A stretch of DNA of 64,000 nucleotides from Macrostomum lignano (Eukaryota), in NCBI GenBank assembly GCA_002269645.1, contig NIVC01000104.1, positions 62,001 to 126,000 of the forward strand, read 5' to 3'. The translations under genes were made by a program, and so were the position numbers. Each line of letters starts with the position of its first letter. The stretch's first letter is position 1. The notes below the pieces were generated by a model. That model saw nothing but the letters and a program-made list of their open reading frames with translations. It was not told the origin of the DNA and did not search any database. This document shows positions 47,708-64,000 of this stretch, in pieces.

Positions 47708-50700
47708 TCTCGTGCTTTCGCCAATGAAGCACTCGATAGCGTTCAAGAACCTTTAAAATCTGTGACACGAGCGTCTCTATGTATCATTTCAGAATTTTAT
47801 TGATTTGTTTAATTCTGCGCTGGTGTGCATGATTAAATCTATTCACTGAACCTGATCGTGACTATATAGTTCTGCTCACCTCTCCGCATGGCAACCGGCG
47901 ATCAAACTCAATGCCAGTCAGAGGCGTGCCAGCCGGAGCCAACAGCAGACTTGACTCCATCATCAATTGTTCAACATTAACTGGCGCCAATTCTAAGCAT
48001 CTCCATTCGTCTTCGAATTGATCTAAAAATAGATCTTCATTGCGAAAGCATTCTCTAAGCGACAGGGCGCTATCCTCGCGTGCACCTTCTAGCATAGCCC
48101 ACTGACCGTCGGTGAGTGTTCGACAGTCGCGAACTACAAGATCGGATAGCAACTGGGCGGCTAGCTCAGCGGTGACCGGACGAATATGCGGAGTGGCTCG
48201 GGGCTCGCAGCAAGCGTAAGCTAACAGACGCATTAGACGGCTACACAGCAGACGGGCACAGCAGGGCGAATGCAAGGCTGAGGGCTTAGCTAAGCCAGTG
48301 TTCCTGCGAACGGCCAGGACAAACGACAGACAGAACAATGCCGCCGAGTCCGTGGCAACAGCCGACGGTGGCGGTTTTAAAAATTCCAACAGCACGTCAA
48401 GCTGACGACGCTGGCATAGACGACGTTGTCGGCGTAGAAGCTTCTGTTCGTCTGTAGCATTCAAATCGACTGGGCCAGTTGAGTCGCTGTTCAATGCAGC
48501 TGCCTGATCTTCATCGGCGTCAACAAGATCGTCATCTTCATTGTCGGTGTCATCGTCATAATTGTCGCATTCAACGTCGATTTTGTCTGGACTGCACTCG
48601 GGTAGGACAGCTGTCAACAGCTGGCGCACCAGAGGCGGATGTTGTACAGCTAAGAACACGTGGGTCAGCAGGTACAGCGCTAGATTGGAGCTGATTGGCG
48701 GAGATGCGGTTGCCGATGCAGCAGCTGTTTTTGTTGCCGTGGCTATAATGGAATAGTAGGATCGACAGATAACAAATTTATTATGGAGGAATAAGTCGAA
48801 ACTGTCGCAGTCCTACTGCCTACACTCTACCCGTTGAAGGGGTTGTAGCTTAGTAAGGGATTGTAGCCTATTGGTTAGAGCGTCGGACTCCCGACTTGAA
48901 GGTCGGGGGTTCGATTCCCAGACCCACTGAAACAATTTGTGTCCTTGGCTTGAGCAAGACACAGACACAGGATATAGGGAGGATCTTTACGATTGGGGAG
49001 AGGAATTGGCAGAATTGGGGATTTCTATGCTCGGGGATGGGAATTATGAGGATTGGGGATTTCCATGCTCGGCGATAGGAATTGGGAGAATTGGGGATTT
49101 CTTTGCTCGGGGATGGGAATTATGACAATTGGGGTTTTCTATGCTCGGCGATAGGAATTGGGAGAATCGGGGATTTCTATGCTCGGGGATGGGAATTATG
49201 AGAATTGGGGATTTCCATGCTCGGCGATAGGAATTGGGAGAATCGGGGATTTCTATGCTCGGCGATAGGAATTAGGAGAATTGGGGATTTCCATGCTCGG
49301 CGATAGGAATTAGGAGAATTGGGGATTTCCATGCTCGGGGATGGGAATTATGACAATTGGGGTTTTCTATGCTCGGCGATAGGAATTGGGAGAATCGGGG
49401 ATTTCTATGCTCGGGGATGGGAATTATGAGAATTGGGGATATTTATGATTCGGAAGTGACTTTAGTGACTCTACGAGTGACTCAAGCGACTCTTGCGACT
49501 TTTTAACGACTTAACTCAAACGACTGTAATGCGACGGAGAGGCGTCTCTTTGAGTTACGAGCGCATCACGTGACTTGTAGCATCGTAACAGTCTAAATGT
49601 GTTGGCGCTTATCTTTCTATCAACTCAACTAATGCGATTGGAATTCAGATACGCAAATGCGCTTTGGATGCAACTCAGTGATTCTACAACAACTCTGCGG
49701 CCCCAAAGTCGTTTCAGAGTCGCAGACAATAAAACGCATCAAATTGACTTGTAGATTACTTTTACCGGGCCGTGACATCTAGTCGCTTTAAAGTCATCTT
49801 AGAGTCACACTTTTCCTATTTTACCTGTGTTACCTGCAACGACTTTGAGGCGACACAAGTGACTATCGATCACTTTTTGGTCTCGGTAGTACTCAGCAAC
49901 ATTTAAAAGTCGCCATCACAGAAGATGCCGTCTGTGGTCGCCACTTTTGAGAGTGCAGGTTAAGTCTTTCAATTTTACCTACGCCACGACAGACTTGAGT
50001 TGAGGAATGAAGTGGTGGGAGCGGTGTGCGAGGGTTGGATGGATTAAAGCTACCCGGATCAGTTATCTCGTATCTTTTATTTCAGAATAGTCCTAGAGAA
50101 ATGGCGCCTTTTCAATGTTACTGAGTATAAATTGAATTAGCCACTAAGTACACTAGCAAATCCGATTTCCTACGCACCTGAAGCATCAGCTGCGGCACCT
50201 GCACTACCACCACCAACACCACCACCGCTGCTGGCATTAGCGGCAGCCAATTCCACTCTACGCTGCTGCTGTCTCCGTCTGAGTTGATGCAGCCTCAACT
50301 GATACTGCTCCTGAGCAGAGGCTAGCAGAGATCGAACGTGAATAGGATTAAACAGCGACTGCAGCAGCAGGTCAGTGAGAAGATCCGATAGCGGCTCAAC
50401 GCCCAGTCGGAAGATATCGCTAATATAGTGCAAATAATCGACATGCTCGCATAGCAGATCAGCTAATCGGCCTCTGTTACTATGCTCTGCGTCGTTTCTA
50501 ACGCACGAATCGAGCTCGAAACTACGCTTGCCAATACAGGCGGCTAGTTCAGGGAAATAGCCAACTGCTGTTGTGTCGCAGACAAATGTAATCAATGCTT
50601 TGTCGTCAACTCGGAATACGTTCAGCGTGATGGTTCGAACCGCTATGCGAACCATGCTCTCCGAATGGTTGAAGAAGTTCACAGCCTCCGTGTAGAGAGG

Positions 50701-51990
50701 GAACTCGCGAGCGTGCTCGTTATAGAAGAAATGAATTGTGTGCCGATTCAGCTTGAGGGAGAGCGTCTTTAGGAACGATATGTAGTATGCCATCACCTGT
50801 GGAGTTAAACACGTTGCAATGTGGCGCTTAATCTGAGAGTGTCTTGATAGTAGCATGCGGCGCTTAATCTGACAGTGTTTTGATAGTAGCATGTGGCGCT
50901 AAATCTGACAGTGTTTTGATACTAGCATGTGGCGCTTAATCTGACAGTGTTTTGATAGTAGCATGTGGCGCTAAATCTGACAGTGTTTTGATAGTAGCAT
51001 GTGGTGCTAAATCTGACAGTGTTTTGATAGTAGCATGTGGCGCTAAATCTGACAGTGTTTTGATACTAGCATGTGGCGCTAAATCTGACAGTGTTTTGAT
51101 ACTAGCATGTGGCGCTTAATCTGACAGTGTTTTGATAGTAGCATGGCGCTTAATCTGACAGTGTTTTGATACTAGCATGTGGCGCTTAATCTGACAGTGT
51201 TTTGATAGTAGCGTGGCGCTTAATCTGACAGTGTTTTGATAGTAGCATGTGGCGCTTAATCTGACAGTGTTTTGATAGTAGCATGTGGCGCTTAATCTGA
51301 CAGTGTTTTGATACTAGCATGTGGCGCTAAATCTGACAGTGTTATGATACTAGCATGTGGCGCTTAATCTGACAGTGTTTTGATAGTAGCATGTGGCGCT
51401 AAATCTGACAGTGTTTTGATAGTAGCATGTGGCGCTAAATCTGACAGTGTTTTGATACTAGCATGTGGCGCTAAATCTGACAGTGTTTTGATACTAGCAT
51501 GTGGCGCTAAATCTGACAGTGTTTCGACGTCAAATGCAACAAGTTTATTATATAAAAAAGAACAAACCTCTTCATCCGAAAAGTCGAATCGATGCGATAT
51601 TATAGAATTGACATGATTATTGGACAATAAGTAATAGATTGACGCCTCTTTGCTAATATTTTCAAACAGAATATTCAAAGTTTGCAACAGTTGCACGCAG
51701 ATGTAACCGCCAGATTTCTGTTTCATATAGCTTAGAAAAAAGGACAATAGGCTCTTTTCTAAGAAGAAATCGAACACCGTATCGTCATTTTGATCGCCCC
51801 AGATCAATATTTCCGACATTGAGCGAAGGGCTTCAACTAATAGACTGGAGTTCTGCTCAGTGACTGTCTGATTCTTGCAGAGCACACCGTACAGGTACTT
51901 AAGGTACTCAAGCGAGTGAGGATTCTTTGGCTTCCACAGCTGGCTGGGGCTGCCAAAGAGGCTGTTCCTAGGCGTTTGTCTGCCGAACAT
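45116..51990 (-). CDS. CLEC16A: CLEC16A / gop-1 ortholog (FPL domain), about 923 aa. Exons: 51990-51568, 50796-50178, 48742-47880, 46541-46081, 45521-45116
   Basis: PKNPHSLEYLKYL, EALRSMSEILIWGDQND, QLLQTLNILFEN, FDFSDEE|VMAYYISFLKTLSLKLN, SMVRIAVRTITLNVF, GIEFDRRLPCGE|AERVRRSIRMF and K|FVFDDHIRCMAAKQRLIKGR. Exon total is 2772 nt, in frame. Confidence 0.95.
45645..45985. repeat. Minisatellite, 23-bp unit GGAGTGATTCTTCACGAGGTGCA
   Basis: Direct tandem periodicity. Confidence 0.92.
46849..47158. repeat. Tandem repeat, 62-bp unit, 5 copies, with internal hairpins
   Basis: TGATGAATGG recurs at 46849, 46911 and onward. Confidence 0.92.
47523..47706. repeat. (ACAG)n microsatellite
   Basis: Direct. 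Confidence 0.95.
48839..48962 (+). mobile_element. 3'-truncated copy of the same tRNA-derived SINE, with duplicated A box
   Basis: GGGATTGTAGCCTATTGGTTAGAGCGTCGGACTC...GAAGGTCGGGGGTTCGATTCCCAGACCCACTGAAACAATTTGTGTCCTTG aligns by eye with the copy at 1315-1230. It is followed directly by a minisatellite. Confidence 0.75.
48975..49445. repeat. Minisatellite, about 38-40-bp unit GGGGATTTCTATGCTCGGCGATAGGAATTGGGAGAATT
   Basis: Direct tandem periodicity; starts right after the truncated SINE. Confidence 0.88.
49456..49960 (+). repeat. Dispersed GACTC/GCGAC-rich element with imperfect internal inverted segments; shares about 75-100 bp with 1012-1112
   Basis: See the 1012-1112 match. Boundaries are approximate. 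Confidence 0.4.
50815..51525. repeat. Minisatellite, 36-bp unit GCATGTGGCGCTAAATCTGACAGTGTTTTGATAGTA
   Basis: Direct tandem periodicity. Confidence 0.93.
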
Positions 51991-52109
51991 TGCGCTTCAA
52001 TGGTCCACTTGAAACCTTCGGTGAAACTTTAAGTTACTTTTCTCAGTTTCTCGGCCAGCAATGCTTCTGTGGCAGAAAAGAAAATCAAGTAGAGCATTGG
52101 ATAAATTAG

Positions 52110-52430
52110 CAAATTAAACATGAGGTCTGGACAGGTGTTTGGTGGAGTGAGGTGGGTGTCTGATGGAGTGAGGAGGGTGTCTGATGGAGTGAGGTGGGTG
52201 TCTGATGGAATGAGGAGGGTGTCTGAAGGAGTGAAGTGGGTGTCTGATGGAGTGAAGTGGGTGTCTGAAGGAGTGAAGTGGGTGTCTGATGGAGTGAGGT
52301 GGGCGTCTGATGGAGTGAGGTGGGTGTCTGATGGAGTGAAGTGGGTGTCTGAAGGAGTGAAGTGGTTGTCTGATGGAGTGAGGTGGGTGTGTGATGTAAT
52401 GAGGCGGGTGTCTGTTGGGTGGGTGTATTC
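52110..52430. repeat. 21-bp minisatellite GGAGTGAGGTGGGTGTCTGAT; inverted partner at 52810-53200
   Basis: Direct tandem periodicity. Confidence 0.9.
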
Positions 52431-52809
52431 AACGGTCAGTCTTGAGCGGCAAAAGTGAAAATGATAAATAGGTAAAATTCAATTTGTATCTGCTTTTAGC
52501 AGCTTGCAATGCTTTTCTAATACATGTATATACAGAAAAGATAAACTGCCTCTTTGTGTCAATATAGAGCAGCATAGCAAAATGAAGAGAAAAATATTGT
52601 AATTAATCGATTACATTGTAATTAATTGATTGATGACGTCGTTTATTTCACTATTTAATAAAGTAAAAATGACACAAATCATTTTCAGTTTCATTTAATT
52701 GTTCTAACATTTACGGCTTTTAAAAATAAGTCATGAAGCTTACAGATAAAAAACAATTTTTAGTCTTTTAAAATGCAGTTTCCAAGGCCATCCCACATCA
52801 GCTTTGCAA

Positions 52810-53200
52810 AGAGACACTCGCCTACCTCACTCCATTAGCTGACACCTACCTCACTCCACTAGACACCCACCTCACTCCATATAAAACACCAACCTCACTC
52901 AATCAGACACCCACCTCACTCCATCAGACACCCACCTCAGTCCATATAAATCATCCACCTCACTCCATATGACACCCACCTCACTTCACCACACTACCAC
53001 CTCACTCAATCAGACACCAACCTCACTCCATCAGACACCAACCTCACTCCATCAGACACCCACCTCAGTCCATATAAATCATCCACCTCACTCCATATGA
53101 CACCCACCTCACTTCACCAGACTACCACCTCACTTCACCAGACACCCACCTCACTCCTTCAGACACCTACCTCACTCCATATTCTCTATCAGACACCAAT
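52810..53200. repeat. 21-bp minisatellite CACCCACCTCACTCCATCAGA, the inverted copy of 52110-52430
   Basis: The unit is the reverse complement of the 52110-52430 unit; this block is more degenerate. Confidence 0.88.
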
Positions 53201-53234
53201 AGAGAAGCCACAAATTTCCTAAAAAAGCGTCCAC

Positions 53235-59022
<5,788 letters not shown>

Positions 59023-59766
59023 TTATATATCAAGACCTAAATGGTCTTTACGGACATTAAATATCACATTAATAACGACAGAATGTTTATATAATACAGA
59101 GCTCAGGAGTCAGCACTCAGAAGTGTTATATTTATTTTTTAGATTTACCCACTAACATAATTAATAACTCGCCTAAAATTAGAGACAGGAACAGCCTATG
59201 GAACAAATTAGTCATTAATTTACTCTCAGAGGCATGATTCCGAACCTAATTTAAAGTCTGGGAATCATGCTACAGGTTCTCAGTTAGTAAATCCTTATTA
59301 TCCTACCTGAAATGTAAAAAGAACAATAAAAAGGAAGTGAGCAAATATCTTAGAAAAAAAATAAATCGAAACAATCTATTTATAAAATACATCACTTCAT
59401 AAAAAAGGCGATTTTACTAGGAATAACACTATTGAAAGTAATATAGTCGTTGTTGAAGCTTGCTTAAGCACAAATTTAGAGACGCTAATCTGAATAAAAA
59501 TTGGAAGACAATTGTCCTTTGCACTAAAGTCATCTAAAAACAATATAAATAAAATTGCAAAAAAAAATCGTAGAAATATTGGAATAACAGTTTAAAGAAA
59601 GTATATGCTACTCATACTAAAATATGCAGTTAAGAGATGGTCGCAAATGGCTAGTCAATATGCAATATCACTGATCATATTGTACATAGTTAAATATCTC
59701 TGTTGGCGCTATTAGTTTAGAAGTAAATTCAGCTATAAGATTCCCGTTGGAAAAGTTATGCACCTG

Positions 59767-61633
59767 CCCGTTGGATTTTGAGTCCCTAAAGTAGGCATGA
59801 AAGGTGAAGAGTTCTGCACCTTCTGCCTGACTTTCGCCTCTCTTATGCCTATTTTGTGCCACTTGTGCACCTTTTGTTCACCTGAGTGCCTCTGCAGGGG
59901 CGGAAGGTGAATTTGAGGCACGAAACAGGCGGCAGGGGCACAGGTGTCGCCGGGGAGTCAGGTGCATAAAAGGTGCACAGTGTGCGTTGAGGCACAGAAG
60001 GTGAATAAAGTAGGAATTGGGGGCATTGGGGGGAGTGAAAAGTGAATAAAAGGTGCGCTGCTGTGGAGGTGCAGAAAAGGTGTACAGTGTGCACTGGAGG
60101 CACGAAAGGTGAATAAAAGGTGCACAGTGGGCACTTTAGGCGTAGAGGCAATGCAAGGGGCGTTAAAGTTTCAACTGGCGAAGTTTTTTGCTACCTTTTC
60201 TCACTATTGGAAACTCCTCCTCACTAATGCAAGCCTTTCATCACTTTTCGGAACTTTTCGAGTATTTGAAAGTCATTAAGACTTATCAGTATAGGAAATG
60301 TTTAGTTTCGTGGTTTGTCAGGAGTAGGAAGGGGATAGCAGCGATTAGTATAGGTGTAAATAAAGCTTTTCTATGTTCAATCTGTGCGTGCAATGTACGA
60401 GCATGTAACTCTCAGTCAATTTTGTTACAAATTATCAATGCGTCAATTCGTGCATAGGCATGAAAGGTGAGTGAGGTGCACAGAAGAGGCACTTTAGGGG
60501 TCTCTTTCGAGCGTGTTTTGGAAATGCACCTGAGTGCACCTTTTATGCCTAAATGTCACCAATATTTTTGAAAAGAGGCATGAAAGGTGTAAAATCGGTG
60601 AAGTGGTCAGGCAGAAGGTGAATTCTCAATTTTGATTGGTTGCGGCGGTAGGGGCAGTAAAGGTGTACAAGGGGCACTGGAGGTGCGCAAAAGGTGAAGA
60701 GTAGGCTCACAAGTGAGGCACAGCAGGTGCAGGAAAGGTGCTGAAGGGGCGCAGAAAGCGCATGAAAGGTGAATTAGAGGTGCATTTAAGGTGCATTTAA
60801 GGTGCATTTCGGGCACGAAAGGTGAATTAGAGGTGCATAAGGTGTACATGTGCGTAAATATGTATACAGGTGCATTTCCAAAACACGCTCGAAAGAGACC
60901 CCTAAAGTGCCTCTTCTGTGCACCTCACTCACCTTTCATGCCTATGCACGAATTAACGCATTAATAATTTGTAACAAAATTAACTGAGAGTTACATACTC
61001 GTACATTGCACGCACAGATTGAACATAGAAAAGCTTTATTTACACCTATACTAATCGCTGCTATCCCCTTCCTACTCCTGACAAACCACGAAACTAAACA
61101 TTTCCTATACTGATAAGTCTTAATGACTTTCAAATACTCAGGAAAAGTTCCGAAAAGTGATGAAAGGCTTGCATTAGTGAGGAAAAGTTTCCAATAGTGA
61201 GAAAAGGTAGCAAAAAACTTCGCCAGTTGAAACTTTAACGCCCCTTGCATTGCCTCTACGCCTAAAGTGCCCACTGTGCACCTTTTATTCACCTTTCGTG
61301 CCTCCAGTGCACACTGTACACCTTTTCTGCACCTCCACAGCAGCGCACCTTTTATTCACTTTTCACTCCCCCAATGCCCCCAATTACTACTTTATTCACC
61401 TTCTGTGCCTCAACGCACACTGTGCACCTTTTATGCACCTAACTCCCCAACGACACCTGTGCCCCTACCGCCTATTTCGTGCCTCAAACTCACCCTCCGC
61501 CCCTGCAGAGGCACTCAGGTGAACAAAAGGTGCACAAGTGGCACAAAATAGGCATAAGAGAGGCGAAAGTCAGGCAGAAGGTGCAAAACTCCTCACCTTT
61601 CATGCCCACTTTAAAAACTCAAAATCCAACGGG
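59767..61633. mobile_element. Foldback-like long inverted repeat; arms of about 766 bp (59767-60532 and 60867-61633) around a 334-bp spacer
   Basis: The arms are reverse complements with scattered substitutions: CCCGTTGGATTTTGAG... versus ...CTCAAAATCCAACGGG, and ...GGAAATGCACCTG versus CAGGTGCATTTCC.... They carry internal AAAGGTG(C/A)A subrepeats. No target-site duplication or transposase was recognised. Confidence 0.7.
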
Positions 61634-61639
61634 ATTGGC

Positions 61640-61890
61640 TGTAGGTAGGATTCTACTGCAAATTTGGCTGTAGGTAGGTGGGATTCTACTGTAAATTTGG
61701 ATGTGGGTAGATGGGATTCTACTGTAAATTTGGCTGTAGAAATGTGGGATTTGGGTGTAAGTGTGGCTGTAGGAAGGTGGGATTTGGGTGTAAGTGTGGC
61801 TGTAGGAAGGTGGGATTTGACTGTAAGTGTGGCTGTAGGAATGTGCGATTTGGATGTACGAGTAAGTGTGGCTGTAGGAATGTGGCATTT
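61640..61890. repeat. About 30-bp degenerate repeat (GTGGCTGTAGGAAGGTGGGATTT...) in the MPV17 3' region
   Basis: Direct tandem periodicity. Confidence 0.8.
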
Positions 61891-61966
61891 AGTCATTTTG
61901 AACAATTAACCACCTGGAGTCACCTGCTTCACCGACGACAATAAAAAACCGACGACAATATTATTA

Positions 61967-62569
61967 TTAGTGAGGCCGATTTGAATGCCAGCAGATGTAG
62001 CAATTCCAAAAATAGCCAACAAAACTGCCATACACCAGACGAAAATTCAGTGGCACAATAAAAAAATTGATAGCCTGGGCTAGCGGCCAGACTCGATAAG
62101 AATTCACCGCCATAGCTGGCAGTCGGTCGAGCACAAACTCTTTCACAGCCGCTGCAGACCGATCGCCTCTGACCACAACAGACGTATAGCTTAGAAAGGT
62201 TAGCCACATAATTGGCGGCATGAGCCCCTGATCGGCGACGAGCATCTTCAATCGGCCATAGTTGGTCAATTCGAATTGGCGCGATAAAAACACGTACCAA
62301 CAACGCAAGCCGGGACCAATCAGCAATGAGCTGAGTAGAAAATATCGTACAGTTCGAGAATAATCAAAGCGATCGGTTAAGTAGCTTAGACTGCTACTGC
62401 TGGACGATGAAGGATGCTGATCAACTGAAGATTTCAGGCGCAGCAGTGTTACGCATTGCACTGTGGCATCGCCAAAACCCATAATTATACCGGAAGATAA
62501 GGACTGGGTTAGTATTGGCCTGGTATGAATCGCTCGAGAATACCAACGCCATAATGATCTGAGTGGCAT
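61967..62569 (-). CDS. MPV17: Mpv17/PMP22-family mitochondrial inner-membrane protein, single exon, about 200 aa from ATG 62569
   Basis: LWRWYSRAIHTRPILTQSLSSGIIMGFGDATVQ, FDYSRTVRY, GPGLRCWY, LKMLVADQGLMPP, SYRVWPLAQAINFFIVPLNFR and FWNCYICW. The ORF track starts at a TTG (62590); the first in-frame ATG is 62569. Confidence 0.9.
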   Translation of the reverse strand: MPLRSLWRWYSRAIHTRPILTQSLSSGIIMGFGDATVQCVTLLRLKSSVDQHPSSSSSSSLSYLTDRFDYSRTVRYFLLSSLLIGPGLRCWYVFLSRQFELTNYGRLKMLVADQGLMPPIMWLTFLSYTSVVVRGDRSAAAVKEFVLDRLPAMAVNSYRVWPLAQAINFFIVPLNFRLVYGSFVGYFWNCYICWHSNRPH

Positions 62570-62720
62570 GTGATCGACATAAATTGACAACAGACTATAA
62601 ATTATAAATCATGCATAGTTTAATTTTTAACTCTCTAGCCTATCAACTTTGTTAAATTTATTTGCGTTATGGTATTATTCATTTCTTTAATAATAAATAT
62701 ACCCTCGTAGTGAGGTAATA

Positions 62721-63508
62721 AAGGCTAGCCAATGAGCGTCAAGCTAGAGTAGGTATTCAAAGCTAGCCAATGAGCGTCAAGCTATAGTGGATATTCAAGG
62801 CTAGCCAATGAGCGTCAACCTAGAGTGGATTTTCAAGGCTAGCCAATGAGCGTCAAACTAGAGTAGGTATTCAAGGCTAGCCAATGAGCGTCAAGCTAGA
62901 GTGGGTTTTCAAGGCTAGCCAATGAGCGTCAAGCTAGAGTAGGTATTCAAGGCTAGCCAATGAGCGTCAAGCTATAGTGGATATTCAAGGCTAGCCAATG
63001 AGCGTCAACCTAGAGTGGATTTTCAAGGCTAGCCAATGAGCGTCAAACTAGAGTAGGTATTCAAGGCTAGCCAATGAGCGTCAAGCTATAGTGGATATTC
63101 AAGGCTAGCCAATGAGCGTCAAACTAGAGTAGGTATTCAAGGCTAGCCAATGAGCGTCAAGCTAGAGTAGGTATTCAAGGCTAGCCAATGAGCGTCAAGC
63201 TAGAGTAGGTATTCAAGGCTAGCCAATGAGCGTCAAGCTATAGTGGATATTCAAGGCTAGCCAATGAGCGTCAACCTAGAGTGGATTTTCAAGGCTAGCC
63301 AATGAGCGTCAAACTGGAGTAGGTATTCAAGGCTAGCCAATGAGCGTCAAGCTAGAGTGGGTATTCAAGGCTAGCCAATGAGCGTCAAGCCAGAGTGGGT
63401 ATTCAAACCTAGCCAATGAGTGTCACGCTAGAGTGGATATTCAAACCTAGCCAATGAGCGTCACGCTAGAGTGGATATTCAAACCTAGCCAATGAGCGTC
63501 AAGCTAGA
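62721..63508. repeat. 38-bp minisatellite CAAGGCTAGCCAATGAGCGTCAAGCTAGAGTAGGTATT, about 21 copies, each with a CCAAT box
   Basis: Direct tandem periodicity; begins about 150 bp upstream of the MPV17 ATG. Confidence 0.93.
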
Positions 63509-64000
63509 TAGAGTATGGTGGTTGGTTTTATGGTCAAGCTTAAATAGAAAAATATTTCTGAGCCACTTATTCAATTTCTACAACTAATAAAAGTACATAT
63601 TTCAGATTTTAAAAGCTATATACGAGCTAATATTAATAAATGAATGAAAACTTGATTTCAATAGGACGAAACGCTTAAAGCAAAGATTGTTAACCAAAAA
63701 TCGCTTTATTAGTCGTCTGTAGTAACATAAATGTTTATAAATTAATTATGAAACTTCCTTTGGGAATAAACATATTTGACAACAGCTCCATTTCTTCACA
63801 GTACAAATAACGAAGATATTCACGTCAAAAATGTGAAGTGAAATTACAGAATTATTTTTGTTTTGAAAATGAATGAAGCAACACAAAATCTAGTAGAGGC
63901 GAATTATCTTTCAGAAATTGCAGGAACCAGCAGACTCGTACAGCGGAAATTAATTAGAATTAAATTATAAATGAATATGAACAAGCATGCAAGAATAAAC

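Noticed and set aside
48856-48930. Possible tRNA gene
   Set aside because: The A and B boxes are present, but the anticodon and acceptor stems pair poorly, there is no poly-T terminator, and it continues into the SINE body.
60188-61551. Duplicated 80-116 aa ORFs on opposite strands
   Set aside because: They are mirror products of the long inverted repeat, with non-ATG starts and no recognisable domain.

Overview
This is eukaryotic (metazoan) genomic DNA containing eight spliced protein-coding genes. Exon phases were checked by hand across GT-AG junctions. On the + strand are an ORP3/6/7-type oxysterol-binding protein gene (5' end outside the window) and a dynein light intermediate chain gene. 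On the - strand is a run of six co-directional genes: MPV17, mitochondrial LARS2, CLEC16A, a GLUT10/12-type SLC2A, CAMKMT and a MIPOL1-like coiled-coil gene. GC-rich exons encoding poly-Ala/Gly, few introns, and a minisatellite in nearly every intron and spacer suggest a Macrostomum-like flatworm (inference, not verified). Mobile DNA comprises a 954-bp mariner with 28-bp TIRs, a TA duplication and an in-frame deletion of its catalytic core; two tRNA-derived CORE-like SINE copies; and a 1.87-kb foldback-like inverted repeat. Most long ORFs in the supplied track are tandem-repeat artefacts. The main leads are: (1) a candidate trans-spliced operon whose first two spacers can each fold into long hairpins; (2) a MIPOL1 gene with no obvious first exon that could splice in frame to CAMKMT exon 1; (3) a different minisatellite in 22 of 23 introns, several sharing a GAATCGCCC core; (4) arrays that multiply CCAAT boxes, GC boxes or poly(A) signals next to gene ends.
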